Assembly (NCBI GenBank): GCA_964035545.1
Contig: OZ037767.1
Coordinates: 23,762,628 to 23,826,627, forward strand
Reading direction: 5' to 3'
DNA from: Bugula neritina
Lineage: Eukaryota; Animalia; Bryozoa
Length of the DNA: 64,000 nt
Shown in pieces: positions 35,097-47,800 of this stretch (positions within the stretch are counted from its first letter, which is position 1; the number at the start of each line of letters is the position of its first letter). Below the pieces are notes generated by a model. The model was not told where the DNA came from and searched no databases. It worked only from the letters and a program-made list of their open reading frames with translations. The translations under genes were made by a program, and so were the position numbers.

Positions 35097-37284
35097 AAAG
35101 AAATTTATGTCCTGTGGACACTCTATACCGTCAGGTCGGTGTAGCTAAAGTAGTTCCAAATGAAAGCTTAGCCCTGACAGCAGAAATCTACTGTGCACAA
35201 GGTATAATATTTACTACAAGTTGTAGTGTTGAGTTTACCCAGTGGCCCCGTGGTGTAAGGGAGCGTGCCTGCTAGCTAGCTGGAGGTTTCAGACTTGAAT
35301 CCCAGTAGGGGCAAAATTATTTTTATGAGCTAATTTGGCTTTTAGTGAGGTGTGGTAGTAGTACTCTGAGAGATTTGAGAGGCCAGGAGAGCCTGAAGGT
35401 GTAGTAGATAGGCCAGAGGAATTATTGAGAACTGGGTGGGATGTAGTGTTGAGTTTATCCAGTGGCTTCTGTAGTGTAATGGTATTGCGTCTGCTTGCAA
35501 GCCGAATGTCTCGGATTCGAATCCTAGTGGGTGCAAGATTACTTTTTATATGCAGACATGACATGCGTGCGTGTGTGTGTGCGTGCATGCGAGTGTGTGT
35601 TCAGCAATTGTCTCTACAGATGTTTTTCTACTCTTTTCTTTCGAGTTCAGGCTTGAGAGTTGCTGGAGAAGACACTCATTTCCTGTCGCCTTACGCCAAC
35701 CCGCATTTAGCTCAAGTCTTGTGTGACCTTGAGAAAGGAACCTGGACAACATTACCATATTGTGTTGAAAGTAGGTATAGGGTGTACACTGTGTTTCCAT
35801 TGCTTCGAATAAATCCATGGATGGATTTGTGGTTGTGTTTTGCATTAACTTATGGTTGTGATTTCATTCACTGCAACTATTCTAAAACAATGAATGAACA
35901 TCCATCCAAATAATGATAAGCAATGGAACATCGTGATAGTGAGACCTGTGGAATCTCATTAAAATGTAGCAGTGGGAGAATTTTACTATAGCTTAATTTC
36001 TTTAATTTTTTTAAGAAAATTTTGGTTTATGGGGCTGTAATTACCACAAGAACATAGCTACTTTTGCCATATTTTTGACATAGAACACAGGCTTTTCTCA
36101 ATTACTCCACCTACCTCTGCAATGTGTACGATGTAATATTTTGGATTGCCATGCTGTGAAGCAATACCATGGTCTATTGATAATATTATAATTGGATTTG
36201 AATGATATTAATTGTAGTTACTTTATTGTGCAGCTGTAATTAAAAAGACATAATAGATTGCCTAAAAATTCTTTAGAGTAGCTATCATTGGAATAATGTC
36301 ATCTTTGTATATATATAACTTTTTATAAATTTAAAATAAGTCAAGGGCTTGAAAATTAAGACTTTCATTGACTATTTTTTAGAAAGTGTTGAAGAGAAAG
36401 CTGGTGAACAGTTTCGAGATATTTTTTACCTTTTCCTGTCATCAACATTACTGGCAGTGGTTCTCATAAGTGTGATAGGAAGTTGCTGTTTGAGTGCAAG
36501 AAAACAGAAGTAGGTCTTGTAACATTCTACCATATACATCTACATATGTCATTTGCATATTAAATTCAAGCTGTACTACCATCAATCTATGGAATGTTAT
36601 ATTTATGAAATTTTCAAAATTAGGTTTTGTCAGCTACAAATGACATTTCTAAGTAGTACCACGTTATAATAAGCAGTCACAAAGTTTCAGATGTCACCAT
36701 ACTATAACCAAGTACCTCTACAATTTGTGTCATGTCACCATAATGGTCACTTGCTAGAACTATAGCGAGCACGTTAGCTTACTTATTATGTACATCACTT
36801 GGTGCATGAATAAAAAGTCCCATACTTCTCTCACAGGTTGAATAAATGGAAAAGGCTGTTTTTGCAGTACGGGAGAGGTAGGTCAGAGTTGAAAACTGTT
36901 CGCAGTGACGCTGCATACCGTACTACAGGGCCGCGTGTATCCTCATCTACCTCACAGTATCTTGAACCACCAGCTGACTTTGCAGATGCAAAAGTGGAGG
37001 TACGTAGCAGAACCCGCAGACATTCATTTCATGAGGAAAAAGAGACACGGGGTAGGGTTCACAAGCGTGCAGCTGGCAGACAGGGTCATTTGGACAACCA
37101 TTCTGGTATCAAAACTCGAAAGACAAACTCTAAAAAGTCTTTACCACTCACTGCACAAACCGGAGCAAGCAAAGGGAAACACAAAACAAGTCAACGCAAA
37201 AGTAAAGGGCAACGGCCTTCTGTAAAATCAACCAGCAAATTGAAAAAATCAAGTAGAGTAGCATCTGCAGTGATGAAAGAATGA
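35097..37284 (+). CDS. Single Sushi/CCP-domain type I membrane protein with a basic tail (N-terminal exon unresolved)
   Basis: Phase-consistent exons 35097-35201, 35651-35770, 36383-36509 (TM), 36837-37284. Pattern CP...IYCAQGLRVAG...VLCDLEKGTWTTLPYC fits the four-Cys/Trp Sushi consensus. Confidence 0.7.
35222..35549 (+). repeat. Two diverged tandem tRNA-like (pseudo-tRNA or SINE-head) copies
   Basis: Copies 35222-35326 and 35442-35549 share a TGTAGTGTTGAGTTTA.CCAGT leader, an A box (TRGTGTAA.GG), a B box (GA.T.GAATCC) and a T-run; stems are mismatched. Confidence 0.6.
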
Positions 37285-37624
37285 ACCATTACTTGAAACT
37301 ACTTGGCTAGTAAGCCAGAAATGAGAATGGAGACAGTTTATTATCGTGCACATGGTGAGACTGCAGCTAATGACTGAGTATTGTCTACTGTTGCTTAAAC
37401 ACAACTGCTTAGCAGATTGATGTTTATAGAAATTAACTGAATCAACAAAATTCAGAGATTGTTCAAATTTATTTATTCCTAATGATATTTTTATTGATAT
37501 TATTACACACAATCAACCCATACTACTATAACAAAGTTTATAAAAAAAACAGTGCAAAAGTCCTAGCAAAGCAAAGATAGCATAATTAACGCGAACTGCA
37601 GGTAAGATGGACAACATGTCCGCC

Positions 37625-40600
37625 CTATGTTGACTCGGATGATAGCACTTGACTAGTGACCGCCATTTCACTAATCTCAGCGGTAGACTGAGGTAACTTT
37701 TCAGGCTGTGTAGGCGACACTGATTGGCTAGAGTCCGTAGTACCTTCCTGTTCTGTAGATGACTCACTGTGCTCATCTGTTAAACAAACCACACTCTTTA
37801 TTGCTCACTTTTATATAATAATTATAATGATAAACACTTGTAACATATGTGGATATAAGTCTATCAGATCTTACATTACAATAGCTATACTGCACTGGCA
37901 CACACTAAACCCTGTGCTAGTATTTTCATCACAAAAATAACATCTTTATATAATCTTTCTAGAATCTAAGATACATAGCAAATACTGTGTACTCACTAAG
38001 CTCAAGGTAGATAACTAAATACCTGTAACCATGACTACATACACCATATGTTATGTGAATAGACAATATCAATATATGTTATAATCTCAAACACCTTTGG
38101 TAGACTTTTCAACTGGAACAGATTCAGCTAGTTCTGGTTCCGTTGAACTTTGACCTATGGCTTCAGTGCAAACCGATGAAGGTTCATCAGTTGAACTTCC
38201 CGTCACCTGAAATTAAGAATATTTCAGCATTAAGTCACTGTTACCATAGCAACTGCTTCAGTGATAAACACTGAATATAAGTCATACATGAACTGCACAG
38301 TGAGTGTACATATTACAAATGCTAGGTAGTACATTGTTGGACATCTGTAACATGTGATGTGTTTCTACAAAAGTACAATACCTGTTTGCCACTGGAGCTC
38401 CCGTTGACTGCCTCCAATGAGCCATTTTGTTGTTGATTCTCACAAGAAACACCTTCAGGAGATTGAGCACCTGTTGCTGCTGATTGGGTTGGGGTGGCTG
38501 AGCCCTCACCATTAGCTCTACTTTGTAAAGCACGGCAAAGACTCTCTAACTGCCTATTCTTTTTTGTCTAAACACAGAAAAAGAGCACAACTATATTACA
38601 ACCTTCTGTATGTGTAAGCAGCACCTCAGGTCTATCCCCTCAGGTCTATCCAGAAACTCAACTGGCCCAAACTATCAACTTAATAAGTAAATAATTCAAA
38701 TACCAACTGGCTATATGATCGAGTAACATCACTGAGAGTTTTAACTAAAGGTTATAGTACAACTCTGTATTTATGATTATATTATAACATCGTGAGGCTC
38801 TAACTACCACCCACACTATCCACAGATCTTATTTAGAACACACAGTAGCTGTAGAGATCATTGAGAACATACAGTAGCTGTAGAGATCATTGAGAACATA
38901 CAGTAGCTGTAGAAATCATTGAAAATAGACAGTAGCTGTAAATCTCAATGAGAACACACAGTAGCTGTAGATCTCATTGAGAACACAGAGTAGCTGTAGA
39001 GATCATTGAGAATACACAGCACATGTAATATTGAACAGGACAGACCTGCGTATCAATAAGCTTTTCATGGAGAGTCTTCTGTTCCACCATCTCCACCAGG
39101 GCTCTGTTGGTGTTCTCGTACCTCTGTTTGTACATCAGTGACTCTTTCTCCAACTTCCTTATCTTCTTAGACATCTGAAGGAAAGAAAACATCAATTGAG
39201 TAATACAAAGACTTCACACATGAGAATATCCACTTATATTTCAACACATACAGGTACATCATTACAGGCAGAACACAACAGATATTTGTACCTTCTCCAT
39301 TTCACTTTTGAAGGCAGCAAACACCTCGTTGCTCTTATTCAATGTGGTTTCAAACTCGGCATATTTCTGCGTGTATATCTGCAGCTGGGTCTTGAGGTGA
39401 ACCTCTGTCTGCGCCATGGCTTCCTGTGTTGTCTTACTTTCTATTAGTTTCTCCAGAAGCTGCAATACACCACGGTAACCATGGTAACCAGTGAGACAGA
39501 GGAGATAACCAACAGTATAAACACATGCCCAAATTAGTTAGTATGCAGAGTAAATTATACTTCAACTATTCAGTTTTGTGCAGAATAGACTTAGTGAGTC
39601 AGTCCAGTGTGAGTTACTGACTGCGATAAATTGAGAATCCCAGCTTAATTTTAAGATATTTTAATCATTAAAAAGCTTGAGGCTCCAAGAATTTAATCAA
39701 CGCAGTGTTTTGCACACTGCAAGCAGATATTTTCCGATGTAGGAAGACAAATATGTTTAGAACAATCGTCAAGGTACTATTCGACCTTATGCCGTTCATA
39801 TATGCTGGTGTTCATTTAATATTTGCATATCTAATTAATAGGTATATTCTTGTAAATGGTAATATAAATTATAAATTTTAAAGAATAAGCAAAAGAAGTT
39901 TACATAACTTTCATAACACTGAAGTTTCTGCAATGGCATTGTTGAAGTATCATAGAAGTGTTACTGCAGCCAATTTTAGACTTCAAAGTAAAAATTACAG
40001 AAGATCTTAAAACAGATAGCACTGAGGTGTGTAGACACAGTATACAGAGAAGCTGTCCAACACTTACACATGCCAATGGCATGTACACACTATGCTTAGA
40101 CCTTTATCTCCGGTACACACTGAAATGATTAAACGTTGCCATAAGGAAAGTACAGCTTATTTCCATATCAGTATTTGTTACTCATCAATATCATTACTAG
40201 CTCACCGCTAGGGATAATTAGTTAATTAGTCATTATCGTTAATATCATTGTAATGATGATTATTAATGATGACACCATGGCCTACATGCCTACCAGATAT
40301 GTATGTAGCTTAGTAACCTGCAAGATAACTGAATATATAATTGCAGCAGCATAGCTAAAGCATTACACAAATAAAATAAACTCGTCACATTTCACTGCAC
40401 ATAAACCTCTCTGAAACTATGAGAGTTTAATTATCCTTTGGGAGAGATAAATATACAGAATAGCCTACACAATGATAGCATCTCCGGATATTTTAGAATA
40501 ACAAATCATCCAAGAAAGTTGTAAATGGGAGCCTTTTGAAAGGCTTCAATGCAAAAAGTAAAAAATCAACTGAAGATTCCGTGTTGACAACTTTGCAATA

Positions 40601-43600
40601 TATTCCAAAGTTGGGCTTCTAAACAGACAATCCTCACGTATCTTAATCACGCCACAAATTAACAAACCTAATATCTTAAGCCACATAAAAAGAAAGCAAA
40701 ATGAACGGCATGCGCAGGAGAAGGGGCTGTGAAACTCGCATCACAACTGTGTTGGCAGTGGGTATATTATGCTGCCTCAGACAGACCAGTAACTATGAAA
40801 CTCATGCATAAAGGAAAGAGCTAAAAACATAGGGCTACGCCAACCAACCATTTGCTTCTCCGCACCGGCTTTTTCCTGCTCTTTCTCGAGGATCAGCGTA
40901 CACTGACCAATCTTGGCTTCCAGCAGCTGCGTCTCCAAGTCTTTCTGTTGTAACAACTTCTGAATGTGCTACAGAGAGAAACAGTATTGTATTACATTGC
41001 ATAAGGAACAAAAGAAGTCCAGTATGTATTACTGTAGTAATAACACAGTAACAGTATGTATTACTGTAGTAATAACACAGTAATAGTATGTATTACTGTA
41101 GTAATAACACAGTAATAGTATGTATTACTGAAACAACAAAAAAGACACAGAAAACCATATGCAGCTGTAGCAGTGAACATCGAAGATATAAATAAACTAT
41201 GGTTGGCTTGACTTCTAATTTACCTCTTCACGTTTTTCATATTCTTCTAGAAGTGTATGAAGTTTACCAGTCAGTTCTTTGTTATCTTCTTGTAGTTGGT
41301 CATTTCTCTTACTGTGGGTTTCCATTTGGGTCTGTATGTCTCCAATAGTAGTCTACAAGTATACAGTATAATATACTATACTGTCTGTCTGTCCCCTATA
41401 GTAGTCTACAAGTATACAGTATAATATACTATACTGTCTGTATGTCCCCTATAGTAGTCTACAAGTATACACAGTATAATATACTACACACATTATATAT
41501 TGCTATTTCTCCTTAGTGTACTCGTATATTGAGCCTAATGTTAGCATAAACCTATCAGCCAAAACTTGACAAGAATGCTATAGCTCCAAGACTTGTTTAA
41601 TCATGCTTCACTTCCCAGTATTGTTTTTGATGACATTTCCCATATTTTTGTCAGTCTAGTCAAATATGCCAGTAGTGTATTGGACAGTGGCTAATGTATC
41701 TACACTTTTGGTAATAACCCTCTCAGTTTCATCATTTCTATCACTAATAAAATAGTTAACGTTCTCTGTCTCATCACCCATCTTGATGCTATCATTCTAT
41801 TTAGACATGTATTCAGATGCTTGCAAAAAGCTCATTTTCAAAATTATTTCATTACCTGCTTGATTAGCATTTCATCAGCTGTCACTTTTTCCTTTCCTTA
41901 ATCAATAAGATCACTATTCGTAATTATCATATACTACCCTACCATGGCAACCGTTGCTATGGTGAATTTACTGAGAGGAGGCCTAAATAATTCAACCTAT
42001 AAAACTACTGAAAACAGTAAAAGTTACCTGAAACCGATTAGACACTTCTTTTCTCCTTTCTTCATCTTCCCTTTGCCTTGCCATGCTCTCTTCCTATAAT
42101 AGTCATATAGCTTGTACTAAATGGAGTATAACGTGACAAAACAGCACAAGTTACGCACTCTAAGCTAGCAAGTATACGGTTAGGGAGATTTCACTGCTTT
42201 ACTAGAATAACAGCAGTTAACGCTATACCTTTACTAATTTGGTGAACAAGACAGTTTTATTCAGCAACAATAATCCAGAGACAGCATTTTACTGTTAGTA
42301 GGAAACAGTGAAACCACTAATTCGACTAGCAGTTTCTATGTTTAAAGCTGCAGATATAAGTTCTGAAAATAACAAGTTACTTTATAATATAAATCTAGTT
42401 TTATGAGATCAGAGCTGACATAGTTAAACAAAAAAACAACTATTTAGCATTTCTAATCCTAATAAAACTGAAACTTGTTAGTTCTAGTATAAATATTGGC
42501 TCAGTTACCATCCTAAGTGCGGTTAACCTGAATATGAACAATCGGAAGAGTGTTGAACTAGGACTGTAGGTGTTGAACAAGCGGACTGTAGGTGTTGAAC
42601 TAGGACTGTAGGTGTTGAACAAGCGGACTGTAGGTGTTGAACTAGGACTGTAGGTGTTGCTATACCTTGACCACTTTGTTGTGTCGCTGAAGTTCGCGGC
42701 ACAGATTTTCCAGTTTACTTTTGGCCAGAATGAGTTTAGAATTCTCAGTCTGCAGGCTGTCCCTCTCTCTGCTCACTGTGCTCAGCTTCTTGGCATTACT
42801 CTTCACAGCAGACGCATGTTGCCTGTTCTCATCTAGCAGGTCGGTGTACTTCTTACAGAGGGCTGCCAGCTTCTCCTCAGGTGTAGAGAGAGAGCTTAGT
42901 GCCCGGAGGACATAATCTACAGCATAAGTATTGTTAGTTCTACACAGCACACACATCTCACTACACAACACACACATCTCACTACACAGTATACACATCT
43001 CACTACACAGTATTTACAGAACTACTACACAGTATACAAAGACTCGCTACACTATGCTAAAATTGAGTAAATGCAGTAAACTGGATGTAGAAAAAGCTCC
43101 ACAATATTAACCAGAGCCTAACACTCTGTAAGCTCTACCAGCTTATAGCACACAAAATAGTTTGTATACTAACCCATATTTCTGTCTTCTCTTTTCTTTA
43201 TTTTTCTCTCAATAGCGGCTGTTAAAACTTGCTCCTTTTTAACAGCAGCAGTATTTAGATCAGGCCTGGGAGAGCTTTCTTTAGAGGAATCTGCTGTGCA
43301 AACAGTACGACTTGCATTTTATAAAAACCTTTTTAGAACATAGTAACAAGCAGAGCCTAGCTTTCAAGTTTTAGCTCTTGAGAAATATATTGCTAATATT
43401 AAAATGTATCATACTGTAAAAGTAGGCCATGAAGCCTTCAATTGACTAACTTATACACAAAATAAAATGAAAAAAACATAGCATAGCTTATTGGCAGCAT
43501 ATCTATGCTGTCGAAACTATATGTACATAAAATTTCTAGATCCAATCTCGTTAATCCTTGCTAAACCATAATTGGAAAATTTTCAAGTATTAGGCACTAA

Positions 43601-43737
43601 CCACTACATGGAGGTGAAACTTCTGCTTTTAGTGGAAGTTGATTAGCAGAACCACTTGAAGAATCCAACTGGACTTCTTCTGCTTTAGGCACTGACTGTG
43701 GAGTTGTTCCATTTGAGTTAACAGTTACTGAATCCAT
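37625..43737 (-). CDS. TXLN: Taxilin family coiled-coil protein
   Basis: Exons 43737-43602, 43290(or 43293)-43174, 42916-42666, 42093-42028, 41352-41224, 40968-40849, 39459-39292, 39174-39046, 38567-38382, 38206-38095, 37776-37625. KSKLENLCRELQRHN, FETTLNKSNEVF..FKSEMEKMSKKIRKLEKE, LESLCRALQ. Confidence 0.93.
38835..39012. repeat. ~29-30 bp minisatellite (GAACATACAGTAGCTGTAGAGATCATTGA)
   Basis: About six tandem copies in a taxilin intron. Confidence 0.85.
41020..41130. repeat. 33-bp minisatellite (AGTATGTATTACTGTAGTAATAACACAGTAA..)
   Basis: Just over three copies. Confidence 0.85.
41345..41485. repeat. 53-bp tandem repeat duplicating a taxilin splice acceptor
   Basis: Copies start at 41345, 41398 and 41451; each contains minus-strand TTGTAG|ACTACTAT. 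Confidence 0.85.
42550..42660. repeat. Alternating 20/22-bp minisatellite (GTGTTGAAC..GGACTGTAG)
   Basis: About five units adjacent to the donor at 42665. Confidence 0.85.
42940..43052. repeat. 21-bp minisatellite (CTACACAG.ACACACATCTCA)
   Basis: About five degenerate units just upstream of a taxilin acceptor. Confidence 0.8.
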
Positions 43738-44139
43738 ACTCTATCAATTAAAGTTGTATATAATATAGATGTGGAATAAATGTAGAAATGTATTTAAAGA
43801 AATCTAGTTGATCCAAAGTAATCAAAAGAAAGAGACTCATAGCCAGCATTTCATTGAAGTGTATAGTAAAACATATTAAAGTAGCTATTGCTACCATGTC
43901 CACAGATCCCAAACTATGAAAAAAAACACTACATATGTATACAATTTACTGCAATTCTATAAAAACTTATATTCACACAAAATTGGAGAAAAAAATGATT
44001 TTAACTTTTTTCCAGCTCCCAAGTGATATTAAAATTTCATAAGTTAATTTATAATAATTATAAAGACGCCAACAATTTTTTCTGGCAAACCATTAATACG
44101 ATTATTTTGCAATTTTATTTAGTTGGTCTTTTACATATT

Positions 44140-44460
44140 ACAGTAACAGTATTAGTATTAGTATAAGTATTACTATTGGTCATTTTGATTAACTTTTAGT
44201 TTTACTTTTACTTTTAGTGAGTTTAGTCAATTTCAATTTGAATTTGAACTTGTATTACTATTAACTTTAAGTTTAAAATCACAGCCACAATCTTGCATCA
44301 TTGTGAGTCATTTTTGCAAAATAAAATCATAACAACAATGAAATATGACTTAGATATACTAATGTTACTTACTCTAACTGCAAGTTTAAGTGTTGGTGAC
44401 TTTTTTCAATTAGAATTACCAAGTTGAAGTTACAATGATAAATTTAAAGTAAGATCTAGA
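44140..44460. repeat. 6-bp-periodic tract in taxilin intron 1
   Basis: ACAGTA ACAGTA TTAGTA TTAGTA; TTTAGT TTTACT TTTACT; AATTTC AATTTG AATTTG AACTTG. Confidence 0.65.
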
Positions 44461-44611
44461 TAGCCGCAAATGAGCTACTTGTAATTAAAGACTAGGTTTT
44501 ACAAGTAGCAAATAGTTGTATCCAATAATGGGGTCGGGTTTTGTTATTTTACAAGTGTTTCTGAAAGACATTAGGTTATGGGTGTTACGACAGTACAAGA
44601 CGTATAATTCA

Positions 44612-44808
44612 CCGTACGCATTATTTAAAGAGTTATCTCCCTAATATTATTGCAATGGGTGAAGTGTCGTAATAAAAGACAACTCCGTGGGTAACAACTG
44701 CAGCGAGGATGTTTTGAAGTGTATGTATACTATAGGAATCCCCAATGAGAACTTGTTATCGCCGAATGAACAACGCGGAGCATTTTCCTGAGACCTCAAT
44801 TACAAGCG
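44612..44808. promoter_or_regulatory. Probable bidirectional promoter, taxilin / NDUFB5
   Basis: Head-to-head genes; CpG-containing island between a putative minus-strand donor (CG|GTGAAT, 44612) and the NDUFB5 ATG at 44809. Confidence 0.65.
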
Positions 44809-47800
44809 ATGGCGACGCCGGTTTGGAGGAGCTTGCAATCACAGTTGTTCAGGTTTTGTAAGTTAAAACCTGCAACAAATAACTCTGTATCTTTGAGACC
44901 AACTATTCAAGGTATTAATTTAAACTGAAATTAAAAATCATTTAGTTATCCACAAGGCATTTTTGTGCGTATATTTGCTCAGAGTAATAAATAAATATTA
45001 AATTTAATATACTTAATCTTATAGTTATACTTATAGTTATACTTATACTTATAGTTATAGTTAGTGTTACTATTACTATTAGTATTAGTATCACTATGAC
45101 TATCACTATTCACTATGAGTATGAGACTATGAGTATGTCTCTATGATAGTCGATTCTATGACTATTACATTTAGTTTTACTATGAGACTATGAGTTTGAG
45201 TGGGAGCGAGACTCAGGCTAAGTTTAACTCTAAGAGTTAAGCTTGTAGTTAATCACTTAATCATAATGTTATACAGTATACTCATTCTGAATAATTTTAA
45301 TACTCTTACTCCTAGAAGTAGAGTTGATCTTATGACTATATTTATAGTTATAGTTATACGTATAGTTATAGACTATAAGTTCAACTTGTAGTTGTAGTAA
45401 TCAGCGTCACTAATCTATTTCAGTGTCATCTTTGCTATTTGATAATACTTAATAGGGATACTGTTCTTTGAATATTTAAGCAAGTTGCCACATCTACTTA
45501 GTAAATAATATCTTTTAGACATTTGTGAGAAACACATATTTCAAAAATATATTTCATGTAACGTTTCTTTCTATTATTCTTTTTGTTTATTCGCCACATT
45601 GTATTTTATAATCTTGAACAGCATAAGGCAATATGTTTCCCCTATTACGAATCCACATTTTAATTATTTGTAGATTGTCTCTAAACTCAAATACTCCGCT
45701 ATTATGACTGTTCATTTAGTGACTTGTATTTTACCCTTTTTTGTTTACTCTACTTTTTTGCTTTTCTTGTGCTCTTTATTACTTGGTCCTTTTTGTAAAT
45801 GTTGTTAGAAGTCCGTTATATATATTTTTTAGTCTTTTTGCTATGTTATGACTGTCTCTGTTAATCTTACAGTTTCAATCCTTCACACACTCTTTTTGAT
45901 ATGTTGCACCTACCTCATTGGCCCTATGGCGTGGAGCTCGGTTTATTGTCATTTCCCATATACATTTTGTAGTTCTTTCTTGTAACTAAGGGTTCTTTTG
46001 GAATATCTGAATACAGCTAAAGCTCATGCATTGAGTCCAAATCCTTCTTTGCATTTTATAATTTAACTTAGGATTAAATGTATTCTTTACATTATAGGAT
46101 TCTCTTTCACAATTATCATTTTGATCTCATTGGACTCTAACACTGCTAACACTTGTATCCTCCTAGGTTTTTCATTACTTCACCATCTGGTCACAACACT
46201 CCTTCATCTTCCTTCATTTGCAAGTGATAGTGTAATTTCTGCTCTTGTCCGCTATATAACTCTTTTCTTGGTCAGACATGGTTATAGTTATGACAAATAG
46301 TTAATTTAAGGTCTTTTATGAAGGAGAAAGCAACTCCCAGTAACTTTTTCAAACGAAACATAATATAAAAAATTCACTATTTTTTTCAATATTTCGTATG
46401 TTTACTAGTTACTTAACTTCGTGTAGGGTAATGACAGACCCTCTAATTTTATTTTTTCAAGGCAGTTTTCTATTTAAGTTATTGCTTGTATATTATAAGT
46501 GTCTTTCTGGTGCTGTATTGAATATATTTGCTGAACAGTAGCTAGTATTATGCATAACATTTAGTATCAAAGTAAATGTTCAACAGTTGACTATGGCCAG
46601 CACTGCAGTCGTAATTGTGAAGCAAAGGTGATTAGGTTGATAGATCAATAAAAGACTTGAAATAGAAATCTAGGTAAAACTTTAATGTTAAATCTTGATA
46701 TAGTTATAGGATATTATTTAATTATTCCAAACCAGTTGAAAGACATAATTGTATTATATTATGGTTGTGTTCTCTTGATTTTTAATTCAGGATGCCTGTC
46801 AAAAAGAATGGCTTCAGGGAGAACTATGGAAGTTGCCCCTTCTGATTTTAACTGGACTCGATTCAAAAATGAAGCTCACTTTTACGTACTTCTGGGAATT
46901 GTTCCTTTGGGATCTATTATTTTGTATTCAAATCTGATAATTGGTAAGTAGTAATTTATTATGGTGTATTTTTGTAGCAGCTAGTGTGTGCTTTGATTAT
47001 TTGTGTTTACACTGCTAAGCAGTCCTAGGTTGTTATTAACTAAGGCAAAGAAAGCAAAACTTTAGTTGTAAAATTTAATTGGGTTGTATGAATGATGAAA
47101 GATTTTGCTCATTGTTAATATTAATGTTATGCAGTGCTGGCATGTGTCTATTGTGTGTAGTCTGGAAGATTAAATTTTATAGAGACAAGGTTTGGTTTAC
47201 TAAGAAAATCTCGAAAAGCTTAGTTCAGTTTCTCTTTAGTTGTTGTCAGCATTTGTTGATAGGAATATGTGGACAGGCTATTGTAACACTTTCAAGTCAC
47301 CTGTATGCTTTGTTCTTGTGTCACTTTATTCAAAAATATATGAGCAGCAAAAAAATTGGGTCAACAGTAAAAGTTATTTTATTCTGTGTTGTAGTTTTGT
47401 ATTATCTGTACCAACATCAGGATCTTATTATTTATAAATAATATTTAAAAACTTACTTTCAAGCTATGAAAACCGGGTTTTTTATTGGGTATGCAGCAAT
47501 CAGACAATGTTTAATATTTTCAGAGCATGCCATGAAAATTGTTAATATGGTTTCCATCAGTGTAGTTTCGTAACACACCACGATAAATAAAAATAACACG
47601 TATTCTAACCTGATGGAGATTATGTTATTTTAAAACATATTTGAGTAATGTTTAAATATTTGTATTACTAAAGACAATTTTATGCTTTTTTAGTAATTAT
47701 TTCTGTGTCATGTTTTTATTCTGGTTGTATATACTCTATTTATTTTAAAGGTCAATCTGAACTTGCTGATATACCAGAGGGTTATGAACCAAAGAAGTGG

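Noticed and set aside
35464-35535. Functional tRNA gene
   Set aside because: Acceptor, anticodon and T stems contain several mismatches.
42917-42998. Taxilin exon extension MCILCSEMCVLC...RTNNTYAV
   Set aside because: Derived from the 21-bp minisatellite; phase and the ACTAAC branch point support the acceptor at 42917.
45560-46290. Purine-rich minus-strand stretch resembling a dead ORF
   Set aside because: Stops in all frames and no identifiable motif.
46565-46628. Extra NDUFB5 exon
   Set aside because: Has AG/GT borders, but no phase fits the flanking exons; 44911 joins 46791 directly in frame.
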